Source: a virus. From it: a DNA stretch of 64,000 nucleotides. Under the pieces are notes generated by a model, which was not told the DNA's origin, ran no database searches, and saw nothing but the letters and a program-made list of their open reading frames with translations. The stretch covers positions 32,001-96,000 of IMG/VR virus record IMGVR_UViG_3300043411_001114; one strand, 5' to 3'. How positions within the stretch are numbered: position 1 is the stretch's first letter; each line of letters opens with the position of its first letter. The position numbers and the translations under genes are program-made. Shown here in pieces: positions 10,801-19,571 of the stretch.

Positions 10801-11573
10801 CAGGTCAAGGTGTGGAAAAGGGTGATGGTGCCAACGGAAATGTTGTAGGGGTCATCGACTCTATTGGGAAATCCATATTCGGTGACGCCTATAGCTACAA
10901 TTCCCCCGGCCAAGTAAAGACTGCGATGCAGCACTTTATCAACAAGCTGTTCGGTGTCAACACAGTACAGACCGAATTACAGACTGCCGTTATCCCGCCG
11001 TTGGATGCGTCGTCAATTGACCGAGGGACTCTCGATATCGGCCGCATTCCGACTGACGATGTTGGGGCGGCACTCACCACTACGGGATCGGGCGGTCTCA
11101 TGAAGAGGACGGGCCAAACCGCATACGCTGCAGGAAGTACTGGTCGCCGAATTATTGGAGATAATTTCTTTGATGCCACACCGGTAACTAGTCCCGACAT
11201 TACCGTCAGGGGGGCCAAAAAGGGTTTCACCGTAACTTTGGCCGGGTGGTATATGGTAGAACTTGCGTATAAACTCAATCCCGTAGCGACTTGGGGGTGG
11301 AACTTTGCTCCAGTTCTTTACGTCAACGGTACGGCAACAAAGCGCGGAACGGATTGCATGTACACCTGGGGAGCTGTTGGAAGTGCTGGGTCACAAAAAT
11401 CTGTTCAAAACAGCTTTATTGTATATTTGGGCACCAACGGTTATGTCGAAGCTGGATACGACGTCGCCTTAGGGGCTGGATTTGGTGACACCAACGTCCT
11501 GGGAGGTCCAGACGGAGGAACTGGCATAGAAAGCTACTTTTCGATCTCACTACTGAACCGTAGTTACGCATAG
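7803..11573 (+). CDS. Large minor tail / tail-spike protein with helical repeats and carbohydrate-binding-like domain
   Basis: gpV/gp5-like N-terminus (PASGEQWYVE), ~80-aa tandem repeats, NLLLQGAF...TVWWDAISL domain typical of mycobacteriophage minor tail proteins. Confidence 0.75.
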   Translation: MAELSFSRRTGSERDIQPVAIVAVDASTRTATGVTRTRHSIQINCAYATGDTITIPASGEQWYVERFDMEWRLYGRIPFNDATLNIAPEEGQVSVGSASGPLELNGTEVRANGETLRLNGVYFRDTGEQFERSTDKINWTPVAAGLAGLVELIANALTGYEGVSQTDAVQALKDWASLIQEILDSFWLFWTQMCENIFVNGLKRLGVGETDLEKIVNGLQNFVNYAFSLIFCDFTGDLTPQTFLARLRDLLAPLKDNPIILGFQAIAQILELSVGNLLNDAVAGATGFLELLFNIITCNWEDIDLAWIEGIIGLVGEDTPFAPANIFKFIVGLIEPLMTNPFALGLMAIAEALGKEVSGLLDGAITGGMEFIRFLFDLLLCQVDPDELTAVLGIAGSTFSPAFIAKAINDFFQFFRDNPFLTGLQDFLGLVGETTGNLLQDAVAGVTEFVSLVVGVIFCDPDKLEQLGDLVDGILPGIGDPLGILRLIYEKIISPILNNPLVMLIKGFAETVLGIGGGLLNQVLVGSGDLINWVLKIIKTIIPLGTGAWAALLPFVDWDAVDEADVNFPDLGTVLAGFDPFDLFVPLQQFFANLTSLFGLDFLDEDFDPLTAVSDFLTHVTTDLSGWIQTNVIGPIVTAILGSGFTSLANITTFFNRLRQIFNGFNFMGGSFNPIDAVRALLELFFNPDKVLQLDDDDELPVSTIKGIADFANSNIIRPIVTTLLLGSGLDLTKFGINTQEDLDNVDIGVLGDLAGSLLTSLGNIPADLLTGLIPPAIMGVVPVANISDTSPNLLLQGAFLDAISVEDNDNWFWDSTTNMAGSVGGSAKTVISPAKNRYLYSRQTIPVAVGDRIRLNGFVKTTGLTVSPGGSTPISISLIPFIRNSSGATEAQTPVVIGTQLGSSTSWTNVGQSSTTHYEVTNASWVYVVVRLGVASTATAGTVWWDAISLKKVGLLTQGNVDSLLATWEQSWTTIFGTSGAGKNWSHFVAALSQLNWTAGQGVEKGDGANGNVVGVIDSIGKSIFGDAYSYNSPGQVKTAMQHFINKLFGVNTVQTELQTAVIPPLDASSIDRGTLDIGRIPTDDVGAALTTTGSGGLMKRTGQTAYAAGSTGRRIIGDNFFDATPVTSPDITVRGAKKGFTVTLAGWYMVELAYKLNPVATWGWNFAPVLYVNGTATKRGTDCMYTWGAVGSAGSQKSVQNSFIVYLGTNGYVEAGYDVALGAGFGDTNVLGGPDGGTGIESYFSISLLNRSYA

Positions 11574-11587
11574 AAATAAGGAGTGTG

Positions 11588-11749
11588 ATGAGAGAAATTC
11601 GAGTATCGCCAGACGGCAACTCGGTAGCTATTAGAAGCGACGCTGACGTGGACGCTTCTAATGCTTGGGGTGTTATGAGAGCAGTTGGTGGCGGGTGCTG
11701 GATGCGCTCGTCTCAGGTTGCAGAATGGGAGGTCATTAGTCATGGCTAG
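11588..11749 (+). CDS. Small hypothetical protein (53 aa, MREIRVSPDGNSVAIR...)
   Basis: AAGGAG RBS; overlaps the next start; resembles the next ORF. Confidence 0.6.
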   Translation: MREIRVSPDGNSVAIRSDADVDASNAWGVMRAVGGGCWMRSSQVAEWEVISHG

Positions 11750-11936
11750 TATGGGTCACACCAAAAGAAACCCAGACACAGGAGTAATAGCCGTTCGAAC
11801 TCATTTCGATGAATCAATCCCCGAACTGGCTTCTATGGCATGGGCAACAATTAACCCAATAACCGGCTCGGGCCGTGCTACCAGTGAAGAGGTAGATTCT
11901 TGGGATGATTTGTTTGTTCCAGAACCTGAGGAGTAG
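11742..11936 (+). CDS. Small hypothetical protein (MASMGHTKRNPDTGVIAVR...)
   Basis: GGAGG RBS before ATG 11742. Confidence 0.6.
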   Translation: MASMGHTKRNPDTGVIAVRTHFDESIPELASMAWATINPITGSGRATSEEVDSWDDLFVPEPEE

Positions 11937-11945
11937 GGGTAGAGC

Positions 11946-13058
11946 TTGAAAGCCTCGTTTTTCTACGCTATCGGGACTAGCTACATCCTAAACATCATGA
12001 CCCCGGGCTTCGGGTCGATAGTATCGCTGGACAATGATCAGATTCTGCGATTCGGGAATAGCATTATTAACCCACGCGAACTTGCCCACTCCTCTATTCG
12101 AGGTCTCAACGGCGAGACCTTCATGTGGGACATGACGCCTCTAAGTGACCCCTTCCGGCTCATGCTCGACCCAGAGCTTTGGGACCAGCGGGAGATGGTC
12201 GAATACCCTGCCGTTGTCTTCCCGGGCAATATCAGCATCGGGTACGGGAGATCGTCGCTTATGGCGAAAATCATGAGTTTACCCAGAGGAAAAAAGTTTG
12301 CCATCGGCGGTTACTCGCAGGGGGCAGCGGTGTGCAGCACGGTCTATGAGGCTGGCCTGAAACCAGGCACAAAAGGGCCTTTGGAATCCAGGAGAGACGA
12401 TTTCCTGGGTGCGGTGTGTTTCGGTAACCCACGACGCCAAGTTAACCACCGAGGTGCATCTGGGGCGTTCGGAACCTGGTCCGGGTCATGGATTGATCAC
12501 ACCATCACCACGGGAAGCGGCGGGGCATTCCCGGACGGTGGCCCGCTCGGTCGTCTGACAGGTTGCGAACAAAAATGGGTGGAGTTCACGGCACCCAGAG
12601 AGTTAGTGTCCGCTATCGGGAACTCTGAGGCAGACGAGTTGTTGCGTTTTGCTGGTGGCATATTTTTGGGGACGCCTGACGTTTTTTCTTTTTTGAAGAA
12701 TGTCCTCAAAGATGGTGTTGTCGACGTCATGCAGGCAGTCAACGACTTAGTGTCCGGAAAGAATGGACAGCTACCCAACTACTTCATCGACGCCAACGGT
12801 AACCCCCGCGACGTCGGCGGTGCCGGGCACACCACCTACTCAATATTCCCACCTCCGAACTCTGGCGGGGTGCACCCCACCACCACCACAGTGATCGGTG
12901 ACAAGACCTACCACACGGCGGTCGGGCAGACCGCCTACCAATTGGGCGCGCAGTGGCTCAACGATCAGGCCGAACTGTATGTCGACGACCCTGTCATCGC
13001 ACCACCCCCTCCCGTCGTGAACTACGGCTGGTCGACCACACTATCTCCGCCGGTGTAA
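11946..13058 (+). CDS. Cutinase/LysB-like alpha/beta serine hydrolase, copy 1
   Basis: GYSQGA nucleophile elbow, FGNPRR, GHTTY His. Confidence 0.8.
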   Translation: MKASFFYAIGTSYILNIMTPGFGSIVSLDNDQILRFGNSIINPRELAHSSIRGLNGETFMWDMTPLSDPFRLMLDPELWDQREMVEYPAVVFPGNISIGYGRSSLMAKIMSLPRGKKFAIGGYSQGAAVCSTVYEAGLKPGTKGPLESRRDDFLGAVCFGNPRRQVNHRGASGAFGTWSGSWIDHTITTGSGGAFPDGGPLGRLTGCEQKWVEFTAPRELVSAIGNSEADELLRFAGGIFLGTPDVFSFLKNVLKDGVVDVMQAVNDLVSGKNGQLPNYFIDANGNPRDVGGAGHTTYSIFPPPNSGGVHPTTTTVIGDKTYHTAVGQTAYQLGAQWLNDQAELYVDDPVIAPPPPVVNYGWSTTLSPPV

Positions 13059-13060
13059 AA

Positions 13061-14212
13061 ATGAAGGCCTCATTTTTCTACTGTCATGGCACAAATTATC
13101 TTTACAACTTCATGACACCATTCATCGACAGCGAATTATTCAACACCCTGTCCCCGATCGCCCAAGAATCACTACTGTCCATCGACAATGACCTGTTTCT
13201 TCGGGTTGGAAACCAGCTTGTCTCTGGTGGTGGTCTCGTAGAGGCGGCCATACCGGGCCTCAACGGTGAGAAGTACATGTGGAACATGACTCCGGCCGAT
13301 GACCCGTTTCCCCGCATGCTCGACCCGGACCTCTGGGACGACCGGGTCATGGTTCCCTACCCGGCCGTCATTTTCCCCGGGAATGCCAGTATCGAGTACG
13401 GCAGGGCGTCGATGGTCTCCAAAATCTCGGCTTTGACTCGTGGAAAAAAGTTTGCCATCGGAGGCTTCTCGCAGGGGGCAGCGGTGGCTAGTTCGGTCTA
13501 CCTGTCCGGCCTGAAACCTGGCACAACAGGGCCTTTGGAATCACGGAGAGACGATTTTCTTGGTGCGGTGACGTTCGGCAACCCGCGACGCCAAGTTAAC
13601 CACCGAGGCGCTGGCGGACAGTTCGGCACCTGGTCGGGATCATGGTTGGACGACGCCCCGGGTGCCGGGGGGTGTTTTCCAGATTACGGTCCCCAGAAAA
13701 GGCTGACCGGATGCGAGGACAAGTGGGTGGACTTCGTCGCTCCGGGTGAGGTGATTACCGGGAACGGCACTTCCGAAAAGGAGTTGGAGTGGCAGTTTCT
13801 CTCGTCAATCATGGTTGCTTCCATTGACCCTGGTGAGGCGATCAATTGGGTGATCAAGTCGGGAATCGAGGGTCTTATCGACACGGTTGGCCAAATGATG
13901 AACGGAGGGGCCTACGGAAGGGTGGGAGTGAACTACTTCATCGACGCTGACGGTAATCCCCGCAACGTCGGTGGTGGGGGTCACACCGCTTACGGAATCT
14001 GGGGGCTGCCCAACTCCAGTGGGGTCATCCCCACCACCGACACGGTCATCGGAGATGAAACCTACCGCGCTGCGGTTGGACAGACGATGTATCAGGTCGC
14101 CCTCGAATGGCTCAATGACCAGGCCGCCGAATACACCACCGACCCTCTGGTCATCCCGCCACCCAACCTTCCCACCCCAGGATGGTCAACTACCATATAC
14201 CCACCGGCCTGA
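13061..14212 (+). CDS. Cutinase/LysB-like alpha/beta serine hydrolase, copy 2
   Basis: GFSQGA, FGNPRR, GHTAY; starts MKASFFY like copy 1, so the true start is 13061. Confidence 0.8.
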   Translation: MKASFFYCHGTNYLYNFMTPFIDSELFNTLSPIAQESLLSIDNDLFLRVGNQLVSGGGLVEAAIPGLNGEKYMWNMTPADDPFPRMLDPDLWDDRVMVPYPAVIFPGNASIEYGRASMVSKISALTRGKKFAIGGFSQGAAVASSVYLSGLKPGTTGPLESRRDDFLGAVTFGNPRRQVNHRGAGGQFGTWSGSWLDDAPGAGGCFPDYGPQKRLTGCEDKWVDFVAPGEVITGNGTSEKELEWQFLSSIMVASIDPGEAINWVIKSGIEGLIDTVGQMMNGGAYGRVGVNYFIDADGNPRNVGGGGHTAYGIWGLPNSSGVIPTTDTVIGDETYRAAVGQTMYQVALEWLNDQAAEYTTDPLVIPPPNLPTPGWSTTIYPPA

Positions 14213-14240
14213 TTCCCCATATCTCAAGACAGGAAAATTC

Positions 14241-14576
14241 GTGACAAAACATCTTCGCATCGAGGTCAACGGCAACGAGTGGGTGAACGGCGATTTCGCC
14301 GAAATCACCTTCGTTGACGGGCCTACCGGAGTCAAGATCGAGGGCAAAATCGAATCTGCCGCTGGCGGCAATGGCGGCCTGTTCGGGATGCTGATGGGCA
14401 AGAATCCCGGAGAATCGGCGGCGGCCCCGCAAAGGCGCACTATCACTCCGCGCGCCCCGATCCGTCGTCCCACCCCGAAACCGGACGAGGTGCTCGTTCC
14501 GGAGCCGGAGTTAGAGGAACACCTCAACTACGACCCGGTCATCGTGGAGACGGTGGAGGACGAACCGGAGGCCTGA
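14241..14576 (+). CDS. Hypothetical protein
   Basis: GTG with AGGA RBS inside ORF 13971-14576. Confidence 0.55.
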   Translation: MTKHLRIEVNGNEWVNGDFAEITFVDGPTGVKIEGKIESAAGGNGGLFGMLMGKNPGESAAAPQRRTITPRAPIRRPTPKPDEVLVPEPELEEHLNYDPVIVETVEDEPEA

Positions 14577-14634
14577 CCTTCGCCCCCACCCTGTCGGGGA
14601 CAGGCCTGCAGACCATAAATGGTGAGGAGGCCCC

Positions 14635-15051
14635 GTGTCCTACAGCCTTGCCATATCCAACGGCGATCTTGTTCAGCAAGGGTCGCGGCTCGGTCTTGTC
14701 TATGGGGTCGACAAACTGCGCCAGGACATCAATTGCTGGCTCCTGGAGCGTTATGGGGGCGATCGTTTCCATGTCAACATGGGGTCGATCCTGCAGGAGT
14801 TCATCGGCGGGATCATCAGCGAGTCCAGCCGGGCCGAGGTTCAGGCGGAAATCTTCCGGGTGCTACAGAACTACCAGTCGATGCAACTCAAGAGGTTCAA
14901 GGAGAACCCCCAGCAGCTATCGGCCAGCGAGTTGCTGGTCTCCGTCGACGACATCTCCACCTCGGTCGGTTACGACACCATCTGGGCCTCGGTGAAGCTG
15001 CGCAACGGGTCCAACCAGAGCACGACCATCAAAGTCGCGACCAACGCCTAG
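14635..15051 (+). CDS. Baseplate wedge protein (gp25/GPW-like)
   Basis: LAISNGDL...KLRQDI...GGDRFHVNMGS; directly upstream of baseplate J. Confidence 0.8.
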   Translation: MSYSLAISNGDLVQQGSRLGLVYGVDKLRQDINCWLLERYGGDRFHVNMGSILQEFIGGIISESSRAEVQAEIFRVLQNYQSMQLKRFKENPQQLSASELLVSVDDISTSVGYDTIWASVKLRNGSNQSTTIKVATNA

Positions 15052-15067
15052 TGGAGACCCTTGAGTT

Positions 15068-16918
15068 ATGTCGAAAAATCCTGACGCCGTCGCCAAAGAG
15101 ATTCTCGCCAAACTGGCTTTGACGGCACCCGGGTTCAGCCTGGAATTAGGCACCCCGGAGCGCAAGATCGTCGACGCGGTGGCCGAAGCCGTCAGCGAGG
15201 CCTACATCGACCAGTACCTGATCGGCTCCCTGCTCGACATCGAGTCCAAGGCCGGTCTGGAACTAGAGCAGTTCCTCGGAATCTTCGGTTTCGGCCGCCT
15301 GCAGGGCAGGAGGGCCACAGGAACTGTCCGGATCGAACTGAACAACGCAAACGCCCAGGACATCAACATCACGTCCGGCAGCCAGTTCTACACCCGCCAG
15401 TCGCTGCCGGGAAGCGGCAACCCGCTGTACTTCTCGTCCACCCAGGCGGTGGTCATCCCGGCAGGCTCCTACCTGGCTGACGTCCCCGTAGAGTGCACCG
15501 ACGTCGGCACGGTAGGCAATGTGCCACCCGACAGCGTGGTGTTCGTAGGAGACGTCCTGGGGGCCACTTCGGTCACCAACCTGCAGGCCTTCACCGGCGG
15601 CGTGGACGTCGAGACCGACGAGGAATTGCGGCAGCGGTTCAAGGACACCTTTCTGCGGTCGATCACCGGCACCGAGGACTGGTATCTCGGCCTGGCCTAC
15701 CAGAACAAGAACATCTCCAAGGCGGCCTGCTTCGGCCCGATCCGCAAGTACGCGACCCAGATCGAGGTGCCCAGCACCTCGGTGAGCCTGGACGCTTACG
15801 TCAGCGACGACGTCAAGTACGCCTGGGACGGCGACTGGCACGTCTCGGTGTTCAAAAACCTCGGCCAGGAGGACGAGAAGTTCTACCGCCGCAATATTGA
15901 CTTCACCTGGGTGTCCGGCTCGTCGCCCTCCTTCGGGAGGATCTCTGACGGCGATATGGTGACCGGTGACGTGGTGGACCTGGAGTTCGAGTTCACCACC
16001 CGCTCGTCGCGCAACGACCCGGTCAACGGGATCACCAACAAGATCGACGTCTTCGTCAACGGCTCCGACCCCTACACCGTGACCGAACGGACTAAGGTTC
16101 CGCCCTCCAACGGGGCGACTGCGGTGGTGCTGTCCGCCGACGAGGACGACCAGCTTTACGCCGGAAGTTTCGCCCGGGTCGGATCGACCGGTTCCCCGAC
16201 GGCGGGGAACCGTTTTACCCGCCTCGGAAGCACCCCCATCATCTCGTTCCCGTCCATCATCACCGTATCGACCACCAACTCCGGGGCCTCCGGCGGGGTG
16301 ACGAGAACAAACTACCAGCAGGGCATCGACTACCACCTCCTGCGCCCGGCTCCCGACCAGATCGTCACGCCCACGACTCTGCTGGCCGGATCGCCCTACG
16401 AAATCGCCGGTATCGAGTGGACCAGCACCGGCCCGGTCGCCGGGACGGCCATCACCCTGAACTACATCTACAACCGGGTTCCCGAGGTCATGCAGGCGGT
16501 CATCAAGACCTCGAAGCAGATCGCCACCGACGTCATGGTCCACCAGGCCGGATACCAGCACCTGAAGGTCTACCTCTCGGTCGAGTATGACCGTGGGTTT
16601 GTCGTCACCCAGGTCAACAACGCGATCAACGAGCGGCTCCGCTCGTATTTCGCCGGAATGCCCTTCGGGGCCTGGATCGAAATCTCCGACCTCACCCTGG
16701 CCGTCCATCAGGTTCTCGGGGTCGACAACGTCAAGCTCACCTACGCCGACGATCCCGGGGTCGACCCGGTGGCCAAGGACTACGGGATCAAGACCTACGG
16801 CGACTCGGCCGACGTCGTCTCCCTGACCGAGGATCCTTTCGAGGACGACTTCAAGCTGCGCGACAACCAGCTTCCCGTTTTCCTTGAGGCGATAGTCAGA
16901 CGGCGGGCGAACCGATGA
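15068..16918 (+). CDS. Baseplate J-like protein
   Basis: GTVGNVP...VTN..AFTGGVDVETDEELRQR motif. Confidence 0.9.
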   Translation: MSKNPDAVAKEILAKLALTAPGFSLELGTPERKIVDAVAEAVSEAYIDQYLIGSLLDIESKAGLELEQFLGIFGFGRLQGRRATGTVRIELNNANAQDINITSGSQFYTRQSLPGSGNPLYFSSTQAVVIPAGSYLADVPVECTDVGTVGNVPPDSVVFVGDVLGATSVTNLQAFTGGVDVETDEELRQRFKDTFLRSITGTEDWYLGLAYQNKNISKAACFGPIRKYATQIEVPSTSVSLDAYVSDDVKYAWDGDWHVSVFKNLGQEDEKFYRRNIDFTWVSGSSPSFGRISDGDMVTGDVVDLEFEFTTRSSRNDPVNGITNKIDVFVNGSDPYTVTERTKVPPSNGATAVVLSADEDDQLYAGSFARVGSTGSPTAGNRFTRLGSTPIISFPSIITVSTTNSGASGGVTRTNYQQGIDYHLLRPAPDQIVTPTTLLAGSPYEIAGIEWTSTGPVAGTAITLNYIYNRVPEVMQAVIKTSKQIATDVMVHQAGYQHLKVYLSVEYDRGFVVTQVNNAINERLRSYFAGMPFGAWIEISDLTLAVHQVLGVDNVKLTYADDPGVDPVAKDYGIKTYGDSADVVSLTEDPFEDDFKLRDNQLPVFLEAIVRRRANR

Positions 16919-17058
16919 TGGGAGTGATCCGCATGGCTAACCACCCCCTCAAGCCAGATCCTCACCACGCGGCGTATATCGGGCTGATCATGAGCCTGGT
17001 CGCCTTCGGCTTCGCTGTAGCGGCCTTGGGTGCGGCACTGGCGATGGGGGTGCGCTGA
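16915..17058 (+). CDS. Small membrane protein (47 aa)
   Basis: ATGA and TGATG overlaps at both ends; one hydrophobic helix (IGLIMSLVAFGFAVAALGAALAMGV). Confidence 0.5.
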   Translation: MMGVIRMANHPLKPDPHHAAYIGLIMSLVAFGFAVAALGAALAMGVR

Positions 17059-19550
17059 TGTCGTCATCAGCTTGGCCTCTCATGCCTCCGAAATCCACCG
17101 AGACCCGGCTGGAACATTTCGATGAACAGCTGTACACGGCCGATCCGACCACCCTGCTGTACAAGTTCGTCGACGCCCTCTGTGGCGACGCCGGTGCGGG
17201 GAGCCTGAAGAAGGAGATATTCCTCCAACGTCTCTCTGGTGCCATGGACGGCATCTATGGCTCCGACTTGGATTACATCTTCGGCAACACCCGGGTGCTG
17301 TCCCGCGTCTCGTCGGAGGCGTACACCTACAACACCATGAGCCAGATGCTCACCTCCGACCAGTGGGACGAGGTGATGGCCAAGGATGCCTTATACCGCA
17401 ACCGCATCCGGGAGTTCTTCATCGCCGCCGCCAAGGGCGGCACCGCCGAGGGAATCCGGCAGCTGGTGCATGCCGCCATCTCCTGCGACTGCCAGGTGCT
17501 GGAGAACTGGAGATATATTGATTGTGCAGATGAAGAGACAGAAATCCTTACTCGTTCAGGATACAAGCGTTATTCTGAGCTAAAAGAAGGTGAGGAGGTG
17601 CTTACACTGAACATATCTTCCGGGTTAGCGGAGTGGCAGGCCACCACCAAGATCAACGTCTTTCCCGTAATTGATCATGAAATGCTTTCTGTAGAGATGG
17701 GCGGCAGACACTCCTCCTTAACCACCATGAATCATCGCTGGCCTGTGAGCAGTAGGATTAAAAACACCGAAGGAATCCGTGGGTATTCAGACATTCGCAT
17801 TCGTGCATCCGCCGAAATAACAACCGAAGACAGATTTATTCGAGCCGCGCCAGCAATAAAATTAACCGATTTCGCTAAATTTTCTGACTCTCTTGTCGAA
17901 CTAGTCGCTTGGTTCGTGACTGAAGGTCATGTTCATGCCCAATCATCAGTTGTCACCATCGTGCAGTCCCACGCAGTTAATCCCACCAAAGTGGACAATA
18001 TCAGGGCAGCTCTGACCACACTCATCGGAACTTCTGTCAAGAATTTTGATCGCACCGGGGCAAGAAAAGACCAAAGCCCTGCTTGGCGAGAATGGGTAAG
18101 TTGCTCTAAACCGGACATTACTGTATTTCGGCTCAATTCGGCTGCCGGGCGACTGTTGATCGCCCAGGCTCCTGAAAAAATAGCGTCGATGGATTTCATT
18201 AATTCATTGACACGATCCCAGCTTCAGCTTTTCCTAGACACCTGCATCGCCGCTGATGGACATGTTCGAGGAGATGGTTACCGATCTTTCATTCAAAAAT
18301 CAATGGAGAGAACCGTTCCGATTCAGATTGCGGCGACTCTGCTTGGAATACCCACCTCCATCCAGAAGACGCAAGGAGTGTGCCACGTTTTAAGCCTTTG
18401 TGAGAGGCAGAAGTTCGTTCAACCTCTCGGACAAGGGCGGAAAAACGCAAAAATTGTCCGATACACAGGAACCGTATGGTGCCCCACAACCCCTAACGGA
18501 ACTTGGTTTGCTCGACGTCGGGGCACCACTTACTTCACAGGCAATTCCTTCGGTCTGGCCGGGGATGTCGGGCGGGCCGGGGAGGGTGGGTCCTTCTCGG
18601 CGGTTGATCTCGCTACTGGACACGAGGTGATCCGCAAGACCCGCAACCAGGCCGAGTCCTACGCCGACACCAGCGGCCTGGATGACGGGCCACACAATAT
18701 CCGGGCTAACCAGGCCCGATCCGAAATCACCATCGTCCCCTACAAGACCGACCTTCACCCCCGGGAGACCCGGGTGCTGCGGGATATGCTTGACCGGATC
18801 ACCCCGCAGGATACGGTGGTCACCATCAGCCCCGAGGGACTCAGCGTCAGTTCTCCCGTCACGGTACGGGCGATCACCTCCGACTCGACGTACTACCAGG
18901 TCGAGAAGATGGTCACCGGCACCCCGGTATTGGACGAGCTTCCGCCGCCGGAGATGCTGGCGATCGACCTCGATCCCACCGCGAACTGGCTCAACCCCCG
19001 AACCCCGGAACTGGCCCCCTACGCGCAGTTCAACATCACCCAGGAGTTCGGTTACTACTACCTGGTTTCGGGCGGTCGGCGGTCACCGATCGACGAGGTC
19101 ACCTACGGGGTTCTGGAGGAGAACGACAAGGTCCGTCTGGAGGCGGCCTTCGAGTGGTACGAGCAGAACGAGCAGTTCGGGCCGTGGACCGAGTACGAGA
19201 AGGCCGACAGCCCCGACAACTACCCTGGTGGCAAGTTCGGGCTGACTCCCAACAGCCTCCCGGCCCGCAACCCAGACCGGAGTCCGTACCAGTTCCAGTA
19301 CGAGTCGCAGTCGGCCTACATCACCCAGAAAAAACAGGAGGTGCTGGCGCTCGGCGGTAACGCCAACGACACCAGATACCAGCTTCCGATACAGAAGTCG
19401 ACGACGGCCAAGCGTGTCTACACACCCGACCTGGCCATCGCCTTCACGGCACCAGTTCGAGACTCGACGGTAACCAGCAGTTGGACGTCTCGCAAGCCTC
19501 GCTACGTCAGCAGCGAGTTACGCAACTCATCGTCATTCATCCGGTCGTGA
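17058..19550 (+). CDS. Baseplate/minor tail protein (gpI-like position) containing an intein
   Basis: Follows baseplate J; LDYIFG and KGGTAEGIRQLV motifs; internal low-GC intein. Confidence 0.75.
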   Translation: MSSSAWPLMPPKSTETRLEHFDEQLYTADPTTLLYKFVDALCGDAGAGSLKKEIFLQRLSGAMDGIYGSDLDYIFGNTRVLSRVSSEAYTYNTMSQMLTSDQWDEVMAKDALYRNRIREFFIAAAKGGTAEGIRQLVHAAISCDCQVLENWRYIDCADEETEILTRSGYKRYSELKEGEEVLTLNISSGLAEWQATTKINVFPVIDHEMLSVEMGGRHSSLTTMNHRWPVSSRIKNTEGIRGYSDIRIRASAEITTEDRFIRAAPAIKLTDFAKFSDSLVELVAWFVTEGHVHAQSSVVTIVQSHAVNPTKVDNIRAALTTLIGTSVKNFDRTGARKDQSPAWREWVSCSKPDITVFRLNSAAGRLLIAQAPEKIASMDFINSLTRSQLQLFLDTCIAADGHVRGDGYRSFIQKSMERTVPIQIAATLLGIPTSIQKTQGVCHVLSLCERQKFVQPLGQGRKNAKIVRYTGTVWCPTTPNGTWFARRRGTTYFTGNSFGLAGDVGRAGEGGSFSAVDLATGHEVIRKTRNQAESYADTSGLDDGPHNIRANQARSEITIVPYKTDLHPRETRVLRDMLDRITPQDTVVTISPEGLSVSSPVTVRAITSDSTYYQVEKMVTGTPVLDELPPPEMLAIDLDPTANWLNPRTPELAPYAQFNITQEFGYYYLVSGGRRSPIDEVTYGVLEENDKVRLEAAFEWYEQNEQFGPWTEYEKADSPDNYPGGKFGLTPNSLPARNPDRSPYQFQYESQSAYITQKKQEVLALGGNANDTRYQLPIQKSTTAKRVYTPDLAIAFTAPVRDSTVTSSWTSRKPRYVSSELRNSSSFIRS
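17523..18545 (+). mobile_element. Intein (341 aa) with LAGLIDADG homing endonuclease
   Basis: D|CADEETEILTRSG start; TTMNHRW block B; LVAWFVTEG and FLDTCIAADG; VWCPTTPNG block F; FTGN|S end; GC drop. Confidence 0.92.
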
Positions 19551-19571
19551 CCAGGCTGAGGAGAGCAAAAC

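Noticed and set aside
11946-14212. Diversity-generating retroelement template/variable repeat pair
   Set aside because: Differences between the paralogs are not adenine-specific, both copies are full genes, and no reverse transcriptase is present in the window.
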